Below, piece by piece: positions 60,520 through 64,000 of a stretch of DNA of 64,000 nucleotides. This stretch comes from Bacillota bacterium (GTDB taxonomy: Bacteria > Bacillota > DTU025). Below the pieces are notes generated by a model, which was not told where the DNA came from, made no database searches, and was given only the letters and a program-made list of their open reading frames with translations. A program made the translations under genes and the position numbers. The DNA is taken from contig JBMNJT010000002.1 of the NCBI GenBank assembly GCA_050951805.1, positions 1,216,001 through 1,280,000 of the forward strand, read 5' to 3'. Positions within the stretch are counted from its first letter, which is position 1. Each line of letters begins with the position of its first letter.

Positions 60520-61434
60520 CTAGCTTACCACTCTAGCGTGGGATTCTGCTACAATGCCCATTACTTGCTCGGCGGTTGCGCTCACTAGTTCGCGCGCCTT
60601 GTCCAACGCCTCTATGACGGGAGTAACCGCTTCGTCGCCAGCTATCTCCTTCAATGCTTGCAGGGCGGGAATGCGCAAGTCCTCGTTTTCTATGCATATG
60701 GCGACTAGAGGTTCTACTGCCCTGATATCACCAATTATTCGAAGCGCTTGTATCGCTGCGATTCGGACATCGCGCGAGTCGTCCTCGAGGCAGTCTGCCA
60801 AGACGTCGAATGAAGCTGGATCACCTATCTTGCGCAATGCCTCCACTGCTTCATACCTCACGCCGCGGTCTGCGTCGCGCGCCAACGCAATCAGGTGCGG
60901 CACTGCCCGGTCTTCGCCCATATCGCCCACGAGTTTAGCTGCGCGTTTTCTTACGGTGATGTCTTTAGAACATAGTTTTGCTTCGATCAGGGGCCACAGT
61001 CCATCGCGATCCACAGACTTCAGAGCGTTGCACGCGCTGTAGTAGACGTATACGCTCTCGTCGCGTAATGCGCGGACTAGCGGCAACAACGCCGCATTGC
61101 CGCCGCACGAAGACAGCCCCTCAACCGCCCAGACCCTAACTCCCTCGTCAGGGTCTGAAAGCGAATCTGCAAGCAGAGGGATGCATCTTGAGTCCTCCAA
61201 CTTGGAAAGCCCGTAGGCTGCGGCTCGCCGCGTAGCATCATCCCCGGTTGCCAAGAGGTCGGCCAAGAGTCCCAACAATCGCGTCCTGATAGAAGCTATC
61301 TGATCAGCAACGTTCCGTTTACAACAGATATCCGCGGTTGTTAAGTCCTGCTCCAGGGTTTTAAGTTCCTCAACTAGAGCCTCTATTCGCTTGGAATCAA
61401 CCGATGCTGTAGACAAGAAACGCACCCCCGGCAC
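60520..61434 (-). CDS. HEAT/PBS-lyase repeat protein
   Basis: Repeated D..VR..A..AL..IGD units. Confidence 0.85.
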   Translation of the reverse strand: MPGVRFLSTASVDSKRIEALVEELKTLEQDLTTADICCKRNVADQIASIRTRLLGLLADLLATGDDATRRAAAYGLSKLEDSRCIPLLADSLSDPDEGVRVWAVEGLSSCGGNAALLPLVRALRDESVYVYYSACNALKSVDRDGLWPLIEAKLCSKDITVRKRAAKLVGDMGEDRAVPHLIALARDADRGVRYEAVEALRKIGDPASFDVLADCLEDDSRDVRIAAIQALRIIGDIRAVEPLVAICIENEDLRIPALQALKEIAGDEAVTPVIEALDKARELVSATAEQVMGIVAESHARVVS

Positions 61435-61467
61435 ATAGTCTCAAGGGGCAAAATAATCAGCAATGAG

Positions 61468-62067
61468 TCATTTGGCCCTGAGAGCGAATTTGTTCTCAGT
61501 GCCCGAAAGCAGTCGCTCAATATTCGATCTGTGCCGCACAACGGCCAAAACGGCCAGAATTGCGCAGACTATGACATACGCTGAGGGATATCCCATGAAA
61601 TAAGCGGCTATGGGGGTTGCTGCCACTCCAACCATCGATCCCAAGGACGCATACCTGAAGGCGCACACCAGCCCGAGCCAGACTGCGGCAAGGATCAGGC
61701 CAACCGGCGGCATTATGGCAAAGATGAATCCAAAAGTCGTGGCTATGCCTTTGCCGCCCCTGAATCCCAGGAATATCGACCAGTTATGGCCTGCCACAAC
61801 GGCCAACCCTGAAGCCGCGATCACCCAATCGTTAGCCCCCAGGGCACTCCCTAGCAAGACAACCGCCAGGCCCTTAGAGGCGTCGAGCAGGAACGTCACG
61901 AACCCAAAAGGAAACCCGAGGGTCCGAAGAACATTCGTCGCGCCTATATTTCCACTTCCATGCTTTCTGACATCTACTCCGACCAAAGAAGTCCCTAGCA
62001 GCAAGCCAAAAGGGATAGAGCCGATAACATAAGAGATGGACAAGAGGATTACTGGCGACAATGTCAC
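61468..62067 (-). CDS. plsY: Glycerol-3-phosphate acyltransferase
   Basis: GSGNIGATN, FRGGKGIAT, HRSNI. Confidence 0.95.
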   Translation of the reverse strand: MTLSPVILLSISYVIGSIPFGLLLGTSLVGVDVRKHGSGNIGATNVLRTLGFPFGFVTFLLDASKGLAVVLLGSALGANDWVIAASGLAVVAGHNWSIFLGFRGGKGIATTFGFIFAIMPPVGLILAAVWLGLVCAFRYASLGSMVGVAATPIAAYFMGYPSAYVIVCAILAVLAVVRHRSNIERLLSGTENKFALRAK

Positions 62068-62086
62068 TGGGCTTCACCCTTCCGAT

Positions 62087-63409
62087 CTAGTCTCTCGCTC
62101 TGAACTGCACTATTATGGGTGTTCCGGAAAACTCGAACGCCTCGCGAATGGCATTCTCTAGGTAACGCTTATAGGAAAAATGTATCAACTCCGGGTAGTT
62201 GGTCCAAACCACGAAAAGCGGAGGACGCGACGATACTTGGCTCGCGTAGAATATGCGAACCGCCTTCCCCTTGTCGCTCGGGGGAGGGTTTCGCAGGACT
62301 GCGTCTTGCACTACTCTGTTCACCATCGATGTCTGAATCCTGCGTCGGTGGTGCATTGCCCCTTTCCTCACTGCGTCTAGGAGTTTGGTTATTCCCCTCC
62401 CCGTAAGGGCCGAGACGAAAAGGACATCGGCATATGGCATAAAACTCATCATGGTTCTGATTTTGCGTTCATAATCCCGCGCGAAAGCCTTATCCCGATC
62501 AACCATATCCCATTTGTTGACCGCAATAACCCCTGCTTTTCCTGCTTCATGGGCGTACCCGGCGATCTTCGTGTCCTGCACAACCGGATCAGAAGTACCA
62601 TCTATCACTGTTACCGCCACATCGCATCTGTCCACCGCGGCAAAAGCCCTGAGAACGCTGTACTTCTCCACCCCGGGATCGACCTTGCCTCTTCGGCGGA
62701 TCCCGGCAGTATCAATAATAACATATTTAGTCCCATCGTAATCAAAGACTGTATCGAGAGCGTCCCGCGTGGTGCCGGGTGTATCCGAAACGATGGAACG
62801 CTCTTCACCGAGAATCCTGTTTGCCAGCGAAGACTTCCCCACATTAGGCCTGCCGACCAGCGCCACCCGGATTGGATCATCATCTTTTTCAGCAGGCTCA
62901 TCTGTTTGAGGAGGCAATGCCTGTACAACTGCGTCGAGTAGGTTTCCTATGCCTATTCCATGAACCGCCGAGACGGGCATCGGATCCCCTAGCCCGAGAG
63001 CGTAGAATTCGTAGTCCATGTGGGCCGGATGATCCACTTTATTCGCGGCGAGAATCACAGGTTTTCCGGCTATGCGCAGCAGCTGGGCCACGTCCTTATC
63101 GTCAGATGTGATGCCAGAACGGGCATCTACAACGAAAATGATGACATCAGCCGCTTTCATGGCGTGCTCGGCATGTTCTCTTGTCTGCGTCGAGATGTCG
63201 TCTGCTGGATCGGCCTCAATCCCACCCGTATCGACAATGGCAAAGGATCTACCCGACCACTCTGCCGTGGAGTACACCCTGTCACGGGTAATGCCGGGCG
63301 AGTCGTCCACGATCGACGATCTGCTCCTTATTATGCGATTAAAGAGCGCAGACTTGCCGACGTTAGGCCGTCCAACAATGGCTACGAGCGGTTTAGCCAC
63401 ATCATTCAC
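62087..63409 (-). CDS. der: Ribosome biogenesis GTPase Der
   Basis: Two GRPNVGKS G domains, DTGG/DTAG, KH-like tail. Confidence 0.97.
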   Translation of the reverse strand: MNDVAKPLVAIVGRPNVGKSALFNRIIRSRSSIVDDSPGITRDRVYSTAEWSGRSFAIVDTGGIEADPADDISTQTREHAEHAMKAADVIIFVVDARSGITSDDKDVAQLLRIAGKPVILAANKVDHPAHMDYEFYALGLGDPMPVSAVHGIGIGNLLDAVVQALPPQTDEPAEKDDDPIRVALVGRPNVGKSSLANRILGEERSIVSDTPGTTRDALDTVFDYDGTKYVIIDTAGIRRRGKVDPGVEKYSVLRAFAAVDRCDVAVTVIDGTSDPVVQDTKIAGYAHEAGKAGVIAVNKWDMVDRDKAFARDYERKIRTMMSFMPYADVLFVSALTGRGITKLLDAVRKGAMHHRRRIQTSMVNRVVQDAVLRNPPPSDKGKAVRIFYASQVSSRPPLFVVWTNYPELIHFSYKRYLENAIREAFEFSGTPIIVQFRARD

Positions 63410-64000
63410 CTCGCATTCGGTGGGTGCAGAGCAAGTATTGACTCGACGAGCCCTCGCGCGGTGGTAGGGGCTACCACCACCGGAACGCCCACAGAAGAAG
63501 CTATGCCCTCCACTGTGACATCGTCAAGTAGAGACCTTTCGCCGCTTTTCAGCATCACGTCGGGGATCACGACGAAATCGCCAAGACGACCCCGGGATGC
63601 TTCTTCCTGCAAAGACCGTATGATGTCTGCGCCAACCACCAGTCCGGAAACGGTAATGGATTCTCCGAAGAACTTATTCTCCACAGGCACCAACCGGACC
63701 TTTACCCCGTGAATCCCGTTCAAAGAGTCGCACGCGTCGCGTATTACTCGCGCGCCTAGAACGCCCGTTACCACAGTTGCGCAGATCCTTCCCGGGACTG
63801 AGCATGGAAGTTCTAGAGCGATCTGAGCAAATTCATCCAGAAATAGGCGTGCAAGTCCTATGCCGTTTTCAATCTGAGGATACTCGTCATATGCGTCAGC
63901 TGTAGGAAAAGGCAGAGACGCAAGACAGTAAAACTCATCTGCTGCGTAAACGAAGTGGTTTCCAAAAAGCTTCATGCATTCGTTCTGCGCCGAATCGACT
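63406..64000 (-). CDS. DUF512 (radical SAM/PDZ-associated) protein, 3' part
   Basis: ADEFY, QIENGIG, NKFFG..VSGL; usual position upstream of der. Confidence 0.85.
   Translation of the reverse strand, partial: VDSAQNECMKLFGNHFVYAADEFYCLASLPFPTADAYDEYPQIENGIGLARLFLDEFAQIALELPCSVPGRICATVVTGVLGARVIRDACDSLNGIHGVKVRLVPVENKFFGESITVSGLVVGADIIRSLQEEASRGRLGDFVVIPDVMLKSGERSLLDDVTVEGIASSVGVPVVVAPTTARGLVESILALHPPNAR

Overview
64 kb of chromosome from a GC-rich, spore-forming Firmicute (spoIVA, lexA-yneA; non-lipoprotein exported proteins hint at a diderm lineage). The window spans the replication terminus: a 28-bp dif site lies at 35797-35824 and gene orientation converges on it. Left arm: mutL-methyltransferase-miaA-ynbB, spoIVA-hup, a c-di-AMP-riboswitch-controlled peptide ABC transporter whose binding protein appears circularly permuted, a complete vanG-type (D-Ala-D-Ser) glycopeptide resistance cluster, a MerR/amine-dehydrogenase module, an IS1202-like element and tRNAs. 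Right arm: pduL-dinB operon, GH1 glucosidase, stacked IS elements, tRNA-Trp, a sigma54-driven lysine fermentation operon, ddl, surE, plsY and der. The most notable observations are the permuted family-5 binding protein and two eroded IscB-type (IS200/605) elements, each inserted exactly in front of an ATGAA start codon, one of them vanR. All calls are from motif recognition by eye; no searches were run.
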